From contig CAXXMR010000012.1 of NCBI GenBank assembly GCA_963663805.2, positions 256,001-320,000 of the forward strand: 64,000 nt of DNA, in the 5' to 3' direction. Source of the DNA: Sedimentisphaerales bacterium. GTDB lineage: Bacteria > Planctomycetota > Phycisphaerae > Sedimentisphaerales > SM23-30. The position numbers and the translations under genes were made by a program. Below, piece after piece: positions 21,371 through 31,281 of the stretch (position 1 is the stretch's first letter; every line of letters begins with the position of its first letter). The notes under the pieces were generated by a model. It saw only the letters and a program-made list of their open reading frames with translations. It did not search any database and was not told where the DNA came from.

Positions 21371-21790
21371 TCATAGCAAATATGAGTTGATGTGATTAAC
21401 TGAACGGGTGGCAACCATACAGGTCGCTGCCCGTTTTTTTGCCGGTATCCGTCTAAAAAAAACGTCATTTCTGTCGCTGGAAAAATCGGCATATTCATTC
21501 TTCAAACCAGTTGAGGCCATTTTAACCCCGACCCAGACCGCCACCAGGCTCAGCACATTATTGGTCAGAATATTCGCTCCCGCCAGCAGAAATTTGCCAT
21601 GCCCCGCCAAGGCCATCGTTTCATACCCAAATGAGCTGAAAGTAGTCACCCCCCCCAGAAAACCAACCGTCAGCATCAGTCGCACCGGCTCAGAAACCTT
21701 CAGCGGCCCTATCATCAGCGTCGCCAGAAAGCCCAGCAGAAAACACCCCACCACATTAACTATCAACGTCCCCCAGGGCAGCGGGGAGTG
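21371..21790 (-). pseudogene. crcB: Fluoride channel CrcB/Fluc, 5'-truncated
   Basis: PLPWGTLIVNVVGCFLLG, TVGFLGGVTTFSSFGYE. The first TM helix (GG-x-GA-x2-R) is absent: upstream in frame reads RKKTKKID. Confidence 0.75.
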
Positions 21791-21961
21791 CGTAACATCT
21801 ATTTTTTAGTTTTTTTCTCTTGCAATAAGAACGAGTCTCTGATAAAGTACGGGGGTCATGAGTTAGGGACATCTTTTTTTGGTCAAGGAGTAGTAAGTTT
21901 GGGTAATTTGTACGTAATATGACATGTGGATAGTTGAGATCATTGAGATTTCATTCGCTTG

Positions 21962-22069
21962 GCTCTAAATCGCGAAATTTATACGACAGGCGGCTTGAAA
22001 GGCTCGGTGCCCTTTGGAATAGGGCGCCGTTGCTTTTATTGCCTGTCGGGGCTTTCGCGAGCCTAGAGC
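21962..22069. other. 108-nt imperfect hairpin
   Basis: Nested arms GCTCTA/TAGAGC, TCGCGAAA/TTTCGCGA, CGACAGGC/GCCTGTCG, CGGTGCCCT/AGGGCGCCG around loop TTGGAAT. Confidence 0.8.
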
Positions 22070-22216
22070 TAGCATAACTGTGGCGGCGTTCCTTTTACGC
22101 GCCATCATAAAAATTATGGAAATTTTTAGGTCAAAGCAGTGGGCATTCAGTACAATAGTTGGGATAAGGGGGCCCCAAGGTAGGGCCTGAATATAAATCA
22201 GGTTTAGGAAAGGAGA
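22067..22216 (+). promoter_or_regulatory. Shared 150-bp promoter/5' leader, copy 2
   Basis: Same element as 20681-20830; here the -10 reads TACAAT and the SD AAGGAGA. Confidence 0.8.
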
Positions 22217-22222
22217 TTAAAC

Positions 22223-22790
22223 GTGAAATCTAAATTTAATCGTAATGCTGGCCTGTGGTCTTTTATTGTGTTTTGCAGTTTCAACCAAGGCCTCAATTTA
22301 CATTGACGGCCAGTTGTATTCCGGAAATATATTAGAAATAACTGATTCATCGTATAATAATTCATCAATTACAACTACTGGCGACTCAGTTCTTAATATT
22401 TACTATGAAGACGAATTTGTTGGAGATGCATCTTACGGCTTTTATCAGCCTGCCATCCATTTTGATTTAATGGCACAAGATAATTCAGTCGTAAATTTTA
22501 TCTATCCCGAAAATTGTGATTTTACCATATTATGGTGGCATATCAATGGCTCCGACTATAGCACTTTAACTACTTACCCAGGGCTTCAGATTGATAGTAA
22601 TACACGCCCTGCGATTGCGAACCAGTCTGAGTTATTCCGTGATTATGACCCTAGTATTCCTCATGTTTTAACGCCTATTATTGGCGACTTTGAGTTACAG
22701 GATGATGCTTTCATGAATTTTGTGCCAGAACCGGCAACCTTATTATTTTTGTGCTTAGGTAGCTGTGCCTTAATTCGCAAAACTCGTTAA
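22223..22790 (+). CDS. PEP-CTERM sorting domain protein (probable true start GTG 22223 with a one-base indel before 22245)
   Basis: C-terminal VPEPATLLFLCLGSCALIRKTR. Removing one T near 22235 gives the signal peptide MKSKLIVMLACGLLLCFAVSTKA directly after the SD. Confidence 0.85.
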
Positions 22791-22834
22791 AAAAACGTTA
22801 TCATTTATTCTCATTTCTGCAGGAGGTCTATATC

Positions 22835-25800
22835 ATGAGAATCGGTCTATCTATATTTTTTGTGCTCTGTTTAATGGTTTCATCTACTAACGCTTTAGTT
22901 TATTATCAACAAGATTGGTCTAATAATGGGGGACATGGTTTGTATCTTGATAATAACAATGCCCCTTTTGATCCAGACGCATTGACTTCATTAGGAAACT
23001 CTGCCCATAATGTAAATATAAGCTCAACTGTCATCTCATCTAACTTTGTTATTTCATGTAAACACTGGACGGTTGGTCGTGGTTGCAGATTAAAAACTAT
23101 AGGAAATGAGAGCCTTTATCAAGGCAGAGATGGTCAGGGGAAAGCCATATACAGCGACATATATGTGATATCTGACTATCGCGATCTCTCCAGTACTGAT
23201 TTCAGGATATATAAAATTAAGCATGCAATCTCACCGGATGACCCAAATTTCCCTGAGCCTAATGAGTACGATTGGCTAAATGACCCAAATGGTTATCTGG
23301 AAAATGCAAATCTATCTTCATATATGCCGTTATACAATCGGGATGACGAACTTGATAAAGAGTCTATAATAGCAGGTTATGGGCCTCAAAGAATATTTGG
23401 TGTTAATGATCTTTATAGCAATTCTCCCTATGATTATGAGATTGGCTCTGGAATTCTCCATTGGGGTTATAATCAGATACACTCAGCAGTAAATGGTGCA
23501 ATTTCTATTCAGTATGATGTTTACGCTAATGCTGGTACAGTGCCGAATGAAGTGGGTGTCGGAGTTTTAGATTCGGGCACCGGAATATATATTTACGATG
23601 ATTTTGGCCGAATCCTACGCACTTTCTGGTACGTTTTGGAATGGCAGTGCTTCTGGGGGAATAACTACCTTTGGTGGGCCAAGAGTAAGTGCCTATATTG
23701 ATCAAATTGCCCAACATGTTAATGCAATGGGAGCAGTTACGTTATCAGATAAAATTCTTGGCGGCCTGAAACCCCAGACGACAATATCAACTCAAATAGA
23801 AAATTCAGCAACAGAACTTAACCCTGTGGACACCAACACAGACGAAGTTACTGTGACCATGACCATAGACAATCTCTCTGAATTTATAAGTGGAGGAGCA
23901 GTATACTTATATCTATTCTTTGATGTGCCGGTGGATTTTAATCGAAACTTTTATCCTCAAGGTTCCGATTTTATGTATAACTCCATTTATGATAAATATA
24001 TTTGCTCAATAGGGCTTGCTCAGATTAACCCCAAATGACCCTGTAATTCGAACCGGCATTTTTAAGATTACTCAGTCTGCCGAACCCATGACAACTTTGG
24101 ATATTACTCCGTCGCTTCTTGTATGCGATTCTTTGAGGTCGCTTCTTGGACTTTATCCTGACTCCATAACCTGCAATATCGCAAACTGGTCTAATCCTGC
24201 TAGCGAACCAGGTACAATTTATGTTGATGCTTTAGCAAGTGAGTCCACAAGCGGCACTAGCTGGGAATATCCTTACCAGACTTTACAGGAAGCATTTGCC
24301 CGCGCTATTAAGACAGGAAGCGGCATAAATCAAATCTGGATGGCGGCAGGAACTTACACATCTGATTCTAATAGCAGTTTCGCAATAGATAAGGACATGG
24401 CTATATACGGCGGCTTTGCCGGTGGCGAAACATCGACCAGCCAAAGATATGATGTTGCCAACAAAACAATCATCACCGTTGCCGATAGCTACAATGATGT
24501 ATTCTGGATGTCTACAAGTGATGCGCCGCGGGATTATATTCTTGACGGCCTGACTATTGTTGGTTCTGCTCAGAACGGTATAAATTTATATCGCTGTGAT
24601 CTTGAATTAAGACATTGTATTATTACAGGAAATGGAACTGCCATAGCTGGTGATAATACAACCATAATCATTGATGACAGTATACTTTCATATAACTGCC
24701 GTGCCATAGATATTTCTTATGGCGGCATAGTTATCGATAAGAGCATATTCTCTTTTAATGATGATACAGCCATAACTCTAAACACCTGTGGTTTCAGTAT
24801 GGCTAATTCCGTGGTGTCAGAAAATGGCCAAGATGGAATGGATATTCAGTATTCCACCAGCACCGAGCTAATCAATTGTGATATAGTGAATAATTATGAT
24901 GATGGCATATATGGGCTAAGCGGAGCAGCTACAGAAAAAGTAGCTAATTGCATCGTATATGGCAATGGTGATGATACCATTCCTACGGGGCAGTTTATTA
25001 TAAACAATGTACAGTCTAATCCTCCGTTCTGGTTCCCCTACACATCCCCGGAAGTATCGGTAAATTACCTGCTTGGGCCAATTGCCACAGGTTGTATTGA
25101 TTCTGGCAACAATTCGGTTGTGGGCTGGTATTCGTATGATCTTTATGGCCGGGACCGTGTGATTAACAATACTGTAGATGTTGGGGCTGTAGAATCTCTG
25201 CCGGTTTCGCCTGCGGACTTCAATGTTGACAGCATAGTAAACTTGCTCGACTTTGCAGCCTTTACCGGTGCCTGGGGCACTTCAGCGGGTGATCCCGACT
25301 ATAATATTCTATATGATATTTATTATGATGGCACTATTGATATTGAAGATATGATTTCTTTTGCGGATCAATGGATGCACGGCATTATAAATACAGGGAC
25401 TGTTACCTCAAAGTTTGTCGTAGATTTTGGCTATAGCTGTCCAGATTTGGGTATGCTGATGTCTACACCATCATCAATGGGAATGATGGATACCGTATCG
25501 GCAGTCGTTCAGATGGATAGCATTACGCCAGAAGAACGCCTGGCTGTTGCTCTGGAAAGATTGGTTATAAATGAATCTACTTTAGCAAAAGAAAAACCTG
25601 ACCTGAAAAGGATTCAGCCCGTCGACAAGTCAGAAATTGTAGAAATTAAATATTCTACACTGGAAACGATCCTGGCAATCGAAGATGTAATCAACACTAT
25701 TGAAGAAATGTATCTTTACGATGAGACCTTCCAAAAAGAAGTTACCGAAGACCAGTACAAAAAAGCGATGCAAATGCTTTATGACTGGCTCGATGAACTC

Positions 25801-25845
25801 TTAACAGAATGGAAAACCGAACTATCTGCCGTAAGTAAAACGTAA
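22835..25845 (+). CDS. Large secreted multidomain protein (trypsin-like domain, beta-helix repeats, dockerin-like repeat); split by two frameshifts
   Basis: Signal peptide; ISCKHW / STDFRI / LDSGTG resemble a His-Asp-Ser triad; IYVDA...GTSWEYPY, IYGGFAGGE, CIDSG...DRVINNTVDVGAVE; ADFNVDSIVNLLDFAAF. ORFs 22835-23701, 23598-24038 and 24016-25845 overlap end to end. Confidence 0.7.
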
Positions 25846-25921
25846 GGTTCCGGCCAAGTGCATCTTGCGGGGTTCTTTGAAAAATTGATAATACGGCTCA
25901 TGATTTAATGGAGAGGCAATC

Positions 25922-26272
25922 ATGGGCAAAGCGCGAAAATCTGATACGGAACAGCGGCAGTTTTGGCGGATGGTGCTGGAGACATTTCAATCCAGTGGGT
26001 TATCCGTTCGTCAGTTTTGTCGGCAGGAAGGTTTATCTGGGCCATCTTTTTATTCCTGGCGCAGGCGTCTGACCCAAGCCCGAAACTCTGATTACGACAG
26101 CAAGTCAGAGGCGCAGCCGGAGGCCTTCATTCGCGTTTCGATGCCCCCGTCCCAGCCCGGTTCTCTGGAGCTTGTTCTGGCGGCTGGCCATACATTGCGG
26201 ATACCTTCAAATATCGACGATGCATTTTTAACCGGCGTTCTTTCCGCGCTAAAACAGGCAAAGCTATGCTAA
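25922..26272 (+). CDS. tnpA: IS66 accessory protein TnpA
   Basis: SGLSVRQFCRQEGLS...FYSWRRRL HTH. Confidence 0.9.
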   Translation: MGKARKSDTEQRQFWRMVLETFQSSGLSVRQFCRQEGLSGPSFYSWRRRLTQARNSDYDSKSEAQPEAFIRVSMPPSQPGSLELVLAAGHTLRIPSNIDDAFLTGVLSALKQAKLC

Positions 26273-26625
26273 CTCTGCCCCCGGCGGTGAAGATTTTCAT
26301 TTACTCTCAGCCGACGGATATGCGTTGCGGTTTTAACAAGCTTTCGATGCTGGCGGAAAACTTCATGCTTCAAGATTCGTTCAGCGGCCATCTGTTTGTG
26401 TTCTTCAATAAACGCGGCGACAAATGTAAGATTCTTTTCTGGGACCGCACCGGATTCGTCGTTTGGTATAAGCGGCTGGAGGAAGGCACGTTTGAAAAAA
26501 TCCCCGGCAAAAATAATCAGGCATCAATCGAAGTTGATATTGCCAAGCTAAGCTGGATACTGGAAGGCATTGATTTATTTCGCAGTCGCCGCCGAAAACG
26601 CTATGAGCGTAAAAGCTCGCTATAG
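26266..26625 (+). CDS. tnpB: IS66 accessory protein TnpB
   Basis: PTDMRCGFNKL, HLFVFFNKRGDKCKILFWDRTGF, KRLEEGTF. Confidence 0.93.
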   Translation: MLTLPPAVKIFIYSQPTDMRCGFNKLSMLAENFMLQDSFSGHLFVFFNKRGDKCKILFWDRTGFVVWYKRLEEGTFEKIPGKNNQASIEVDIAKLSWILEGIDLFRSRRRKRYERKSSL

Positions 26626-26738
26626 GCTCTTAGAGTTAAGAATATTACATATTTTCTCATTTTTATGCTTGCTTTTTTCATCATTTCGCTTATCATAATC
26701 TCATCGTTAAGGATGACGAAGTTACTAAACGTTACGGA

Positions 26739-28265
26739 TTGATGATGGCTGAAAAGATAACCGCTCAAAGCTCTGTCGAGCAGCTTCCCGATGATGTTGC
26801 CACTCTTAAAGAGATGGTTCTGACGCTGTTGGGTCAGATTGATGATCTCAGCGGCCAGTTGTATTATCTCAAGCGGCAGTTGTTCGGCAAGAAAAGCGAA
26901 AAGCTCGATCCGGCTCAGCGTTTGTTGTTTGAAAATCTTTACGAGGAAGTTCAACAGAAGATTGAACAGCAGAAGCCCTCACGCGCCAAGGTTGTCAAAG
27001 GCCGTAAGAATGCTAATCATCAAGGCCGCAAGCCGCTGCCGGAAAATTTGCGCCGCGAAACTATCGACATTGAACCTGCCGAAGAAGAAAAAACCTGCCC
27101 GGTATGCCATAACGAAAAAGAACGTATCGGCGAGGAAGTAACCGAAAAGCTGGATTATGTGCCCGCATCTTTTTATGTTCAGCGTTATGTCAGAAGCAAA
27201 TACGCCTGCAAGGTTTGCGAGAATAATATCTCGATTGGCGAACTGCCGCCCATGGCGATCGACAAAGGCATTCCCGCTGAAGGTTTGCTGGCGTATATCA
27301 TAACGAGCAAGTATGCGGACCACCAGCCGTTGAACCGTCTGGAAGGTATTATTAAGCGGCACGGCGTGGAAATCAACGTCTCAACCATGTGCGACTGGGT
27401 GGGCAGTTGCGCTGAACTGCTGGAGCCGCTGGTCAAACGTATGCGGGAGAAGATTCAGCAGTCGGAAATCATTTATACCGATGATACCTCCATCCCCATC
27501 AAGAGCAAAAACCGTAAAGGATCCACGTATAAGGGCTATTTGTGGGTTTATATCGATACTGATTATAATGTGGCGTTTGATTTTACGCCGACGCGTTCGC
27601 GCGAAGGTCCGCTAAATTTTATCGGCAGAGATTATCAGGGTTTTGTGCATGCAGATGCTTATAGCGGCTATGATGAACTGTTTCGGGCTACCGATGCCGT
27701 TGAGGTGGCTTGTAATGCGCATGCGCGGCGGAAGTTTGAATACGCTTTAGACAGCGACCCGGTGCGGGCGGCACATTTTATGGTGCTCTGGGGTAAGCTT
27801 TATGAAATCGAGCGACGGGCAAAAGCGGAAAAATATTCGCCGGAGCAACTTTTGCAAGCCCGCCAGGAAGAAGCCCTGCCGATCTTTGCCGAAATCCGGG
27901 CGAAGCTGGATGAGTATCAGGGACAGGTTCTGCCTAAAAATAATATGGGCAAAGCCGTCACCTACGCCCTGAACCAGTGGGATGCCCTAGTCCGCTATAC
28001 CAGCGACCCACGGCTGAGCATCGATAATAATCTTTCGGAACGAACGCTGAGAATGGTAGTCATTGGCCGAAAAAATTATATGTTCGCCGGCAGCGAAGCC
28101 GGAGCCGAACGCGCCGCCATAATCTACAGCCTGGTCGCCGGCTGCAAACTCCACAATCACGACCCATTCGCGTATTTCAATTATGTCCTCAGAAAAATCT
28201 CCACCACCGGCGCCAACCAAATCGACACCCTCCTGCCCGCCAACTGGAAAACCCCGCAAAATTAA
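26739..28265 (+). CDS. tnpC: IS66 transposase TnpC
   Basis: LFGKKSEK, Zn finger CPVC/CKVC, TDDT, HADAYSGY, CNAHARRKF, IDNNLSER. Confidence 0.95.
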   Translation: MMMAEKITAQSSVEQLPDDVATLKEMVLTLLGQIDDLSGQLYYLKRQLFGKKSEKLDPAQRLLFENLYEEVQQKIEQQKPSRAKVVKGRKNANHQGRKPLPENLRRETIDIEPAEEEKTCPVCHNEKERIGEEVTEKLDYVPASFYVQRYVRSKYACKVCENNISIGELPPMAIDKGIPAEGLLAYIITSKYADHQPLNRLEGIIKRHGVEINVSTMCDWVGSCAELLEPLVKRMREKIQQSEIIYTDDTSIPIKSKNRKGSTYKGYLWVYIDTDYNVAFDFTPTRSREGPLNFIGRDYQGFVHADAYSGYDELFRATDAVEVACNAHARRKFEYALDSDPVRAAHFMVLWGKLYEIERRAKAEKYSPEQLLQARQEEALPIFAEIRAKLDEYQGQVLPKNNMGKAVTYALNQWDALVRYTSDPRLSIDNNLSERTLRMVVIGRKNYMFAGSEAGAERAAIIYSLVAGCKLHNHDPFAYFNYVLRKISTTGANQIDTLLPANWKTPQN

Positions 28266-28411
28266 CCCGCCCCAACCGCAATCCACCAATTGTCAGCCAA
28301 GGTGTACTTGGCCGGAAACTTACGGCGTAACGTAAGGTTCCGGCCAAGTGCATCTTGCGGGGTTCTTTGAAAAATTGATAATACGGCTCATGATTTAATG
28401 GAGAGGCAATC

Positions 28412-28762
28412 ATGGGCAAAGCGCGAAAATCTGATACGGAACAGCGGCAGTTTTGGCGGATGGTGCTGGAGACATTTCAATCCAGTGGGTTATCCGTTCG
28501 TCAGTTTTGTCGGCAGGAAGGTTTATCTGGGCCATCTTTTTATTCCTGGCGCAGGCGTCTGACCCAAGCCCGAAACTCTGATTACGACAGCAAGTCAGAG
28601 GCGCAGCCGGAGGCCTTCATTCGCGTTTCGATGCCCCCGTCCCAGCCCGGTTCTCTGGAGCTTGTTCTGGCGGCTGGCCATACATTGCGGATACCTTCAA
28701 ATATCGACGATGCATTTTTAACCGGCGTTCTTTCCGCGCTAAAACAGGCAAAGCTATGCTAA
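28412..28762 (+). CDS. tnpA: IS66 TnpA (copy 2)
   Basis: Same protein as 25922-26272. Confidence 0.9.
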   Translation: MGKARKSDTEQRQFWRMVLETFQSSGLSVRQFCRQEGLSGPSFYSWRRRLTQARNSDYDSKSEAQPEAFIRVSMPPSQPGSLELVLAAGHTLRIPSNIDDAFLTGVLSALKQAKLC

Positions 28763-29115
28763 CTCTGCCCCCGGCGGTGAAGATTTTCATTTACTCTCAG
28801 CCGACGGATATGCGTTGCGGTTTTAACAAGCTTTCGATGCTGGCGGAAAACTTCATGCTTCAAGATTCGTTCAGCGGCCATCTGTTTGTGTTCTTCAATA
28901 AACGCGGCGACAAATGTAAGATTCTTTTCTGGGACCGCACCGGATTCGTCGTTTGGTATAAGCGGCTGGAGGAAGGCACGTTTGAAAAAATCCCCGGCAA
29001 AAATAATCAGGCATCAATCGAAGTTGATATTGCCAAGCTAAGCTGGATACTGGAAGGCATTGATTTATTTCGCAGTCGCCGCCGAAAACGCTATGAGCGT
29101 AAAAGCTCGCTATAG
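28756..29115 (+). CDS. tnpB: IS66 TnpB (copy 2)
   Basis: Same protein as 26266-26625. Confidence 0.93.
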   Translation: MLTLPPAVKIFIYSQPTDMRCGFNKLSMLAENFMLQDSFSGHLFVFFNKRGDKCKILFWDRTGFVVWYKRLEEGTFEKIPGKNNQASIEVDIAKLSWILEGIDLFRSRRRKRYERKSSL

Positions 29116-29228
29116 GCTCTTAGAGTTAAGAATATTACATATTTTCTCATTTTTATGCTTGCTTTTTTCATCATTTCGCTTATCATAATCTCATCGTTAA
29201 GGATGACGAAGTTACTAAACGTTACGGA

Positions 29229-30755
29229 TTGATGATGGCTGAAAAGATAACCGCTCAAAGCTCTGTCGAGCAGCTTCCCGATGATGTTGCCACTCTTAAA
29301 GAGATGGTTCTGACGCTGTTGGGTCAGATTGATGATCTCAGCGGCCAGTTGTATTATCTCAAGCGGCAGTTGTTCGGCAAGAAAAGCGAAAAGCTCGATC
29401 CGGCTCAGCGTTTGTTGTTTGAAAATCTTTACGAGGAAGTTCAACAGAAGATTGAACAGCAGAAGCCCTCACGCGCCAAGGTTGTCAAAGGCCGTAAGAA
29501 TGCTAATCATCAAGGCCGCAAGCCGCTGCCGGAAAATTTGCGCCGCGAAACTATCGACATTGAACCTGCCGAAGAAGAAAAAACCTGCCCGGTATGCCAT
29601 AACGAAAAAGAACGTATCGGCGAGGAAGTAACCGAAAAGCTGGATTATGTGCCCGCATCTTTTTATGTTCAGCGTTATGTCAGAAGCAAATACGCCTGCA
29701 AGGTTTGCGAGAATAATATCTCGATTGGCGAACTGCCGCCCATGGCGATCGACAAAGGCATTCCCGCTGAAGGTTTGCTGGCGTATATCATAACGAGCAA
29801 GTATGCGGACCACCAGCCGTTGAACCGTCTGGAAGGTATTATTAAGCGGCACGGCGTGGAAATCAACGTCTCAACCATGTGCGACTGGGTGGGCAGTTGC
29901 GCTGAACTGCTGGAGCCGCTGGTCAAACGTATGCGGGAGAAGATTCAGCAGTCGGAAATCATTTATACCGATGATACCTCCATCCCCATCAAGAGCAAAA
30001 ACCGTAAAGGATCCACGTATAAGGGCTATTTGTGGGTTTATATCGATACTGATTATAATGTGGCGTTTGATTTTACGCCGACGCGTTCGCGCGAAGGTCC
30101 GCTAAATTTTATCGGCAGAGATTATCAGGGTTTTGTGCATGCAGATGCTTATAGCGGCTATGATGAACTGTTTCGGGCTACCGATGCCGTTGAGGTGGCT
30201 TGTAATGCGCATGCGCGGCGGAAGTTTGAATACGCTTTAGACAGCGACCCGGTGCGGGCGGCACATTTTATGGTGCTCTGGGGTAAGCTTTATGAAATCG
30301 AGCGACGGGCAAAAGCGGAAAAATATTCGCCGGAGCAACTTTTGCAAGCCCGCCAGGAAGAAGCCCTGCCGATCTTTGCCGAAATCCGGGCGAAGCTGGA
30401 TGAGTATCAGGGACAGGTTCTGCCTAAAAATAATATGGGCAAAGCCGTCACCTACGCCCTGAACCAGTGGGATGCCCTGGTCCGCTATACCAGCGACCCA
30501 CGGCTGAGCATCGATAATAATCTTTCGGAACGAACGCTGAGAATGGTAGTCATTGGCCGAAAAAATTATATGTTCGCCGGCAGCGAAGCCGGAGCCGAAC
30601 GCGCCGCCATAATCTACAGCCTGGTCGCCGGCTGCAAACTCCACAATCACGACCCATTCGCGTATTTCAATTATGTCCTCAGAAAAATCTCCACCACCGG
30701 CGCCAACCAAATCGACACCCTCCTGCCCGCCAACTGGAAAACCCCGCAAAATTAA
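29229..30755 (+). CDS. tnpC: IS66 TnpC (copy 2)
   Basis: Same protein as 26739-28265. Confidence 0.95.
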   Translation: MMMAEKITAQSSVEQLPDDVATLKEMVLTLLGQIDDLSGQLYYLKRQLFGKKSEKLDPAQRLLFENLYEEVQQKIEQQKPSRAKVVKGRKNANHQGRKPLPENLRRETIDIEPAEEEKTCPVCHNEKERIGEEVTEKLDYVPASFYVQRYVRSKYACKVCENNISIGELPPMAIDKGIPAEGLLAYIITSKYADHQPLNRLEGIIKRHGVEINVSTMCDWVGSCAELLEPLVKRMREKIQQSEIIYTDDTSIPIKSKNRKGSTYKGYLWVYIDTDYNVAFDFTPTRSREGPLNFIGRDYQGFVHADAYSGYDELFRATDAVEVACNAHARRKFEYALDSDPVRAAHFMVLWGKLYEIERRAKAEKYSPEQLLQARQEEALPIFAEIRAKLDEYQGQVLPKNNMGKAVTYALNQWDALVRYTSDPRLSIDNNLSERTLRMVVIGRKNYMFAGSEAGAERAAIIYSLVAGCKLHNHDPFAYFNYVLRKISTTGANQIDTLLPANWKTPQN

Positions 30756-30822
30756 CCCGCCCCAACCGCAATCCACCAATTGTCAGCCAAGGTGTACTTG
30801 GCCGGAAACTTACGGCGTAACG

Positions 30823-31154
30823 GCGCTTTTGTCATAGCTCTGCTGATTAAATCAGAAGAGTTCTGACAAAAGAATCAGAGCTCTGACGAAATGATTTGCT
30901 TTGCTGACAAAGTCAGCAGATCGCTGCACAAAGGAATCGTTCCGCTGACAAAGTCAACAGAGCGACGACAAAAGGAATCATTACGCTGACAAAGTCAGAA
31001 GAGTTCTGACCAAAGGAATCATAGCGCCGACTTTGTCAGCAGAGCGCTGATTTAATCAGCAGAGCTGCGACAAAAGAATCTGGCCGCTGATTTAAGCGCA
31101 GTCTTGCCGACAAAAGCGCTGCCCCGCCGCTTTAAGAATAGAACCGCCGCCGAA
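30823..31154. repeat. Degenerate tandem array with 20/21-bp period, left part
   Basis: Unit starts at 30823, 30843, 30863, 30883, 30904, 30924, 30945, 30965, 30986, 31006, 31027, 31047, 31067, 31087, 31107, 31127, 31147; motifs CTGAC-AAA-GTCAG, CTGAT-TTA-ATCAG and GACAAAAGGAATC. Confidence 0.9.
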
Positions 31155-31281
31155 TGGTGATTAGTATTGAAAATGGAGCCAGATTTGCATCGAAATCTGA
31201 GCCACTTAGGTTAGTAAAATAACGCCGATTTCGGCGTTGTCAATAGGGATTCTGGTCCTTTTTCGTTGGATTGAGGCTTTC

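Larger units (their letters stand above)
25842..28323 (+). mobile_element. IS66-family element, copy 1 (2482 bp)
   Basis: Terminal IRs GTAAGGTTCCGGCCAAGTGCATCTTG / CAAGGTGTACTTGGCCGGAAACTTAC; tnpA-tnpB-tnpC. Confidence 0.95.
28332..30813 (+). mobile_element. IS66-family element, copy 2, flanked by the 8-bp direct repeat GGCGTAAC
   Basis: Offset 2490 bp from copy 1; GGCGTAAC at 28324-28331 and 30814-30821. Confidence 0.95.

Noticed and set aside
21790..22110. Fluoride riboswitch upstream of crcB
   Set aside because: I found no GGCGATGG...GTTCGCC-type core on the minus strand, and the crcB 5' end is itself missing.
20681..22216. Classical integron cassette array (GCATAAC and GTTRRR motifs in the leader)
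   Set aside because: The arms between these motifs are not complementary as attC L-boxes require, and no integrase is in the window.
30823..31154. CRISPR array interpretation of the repeat region
   Set aside because: Units are contiguous 20/21-bp degenerate repeats with no unique 25-45-bp spacers, and no cas genes are in the window.
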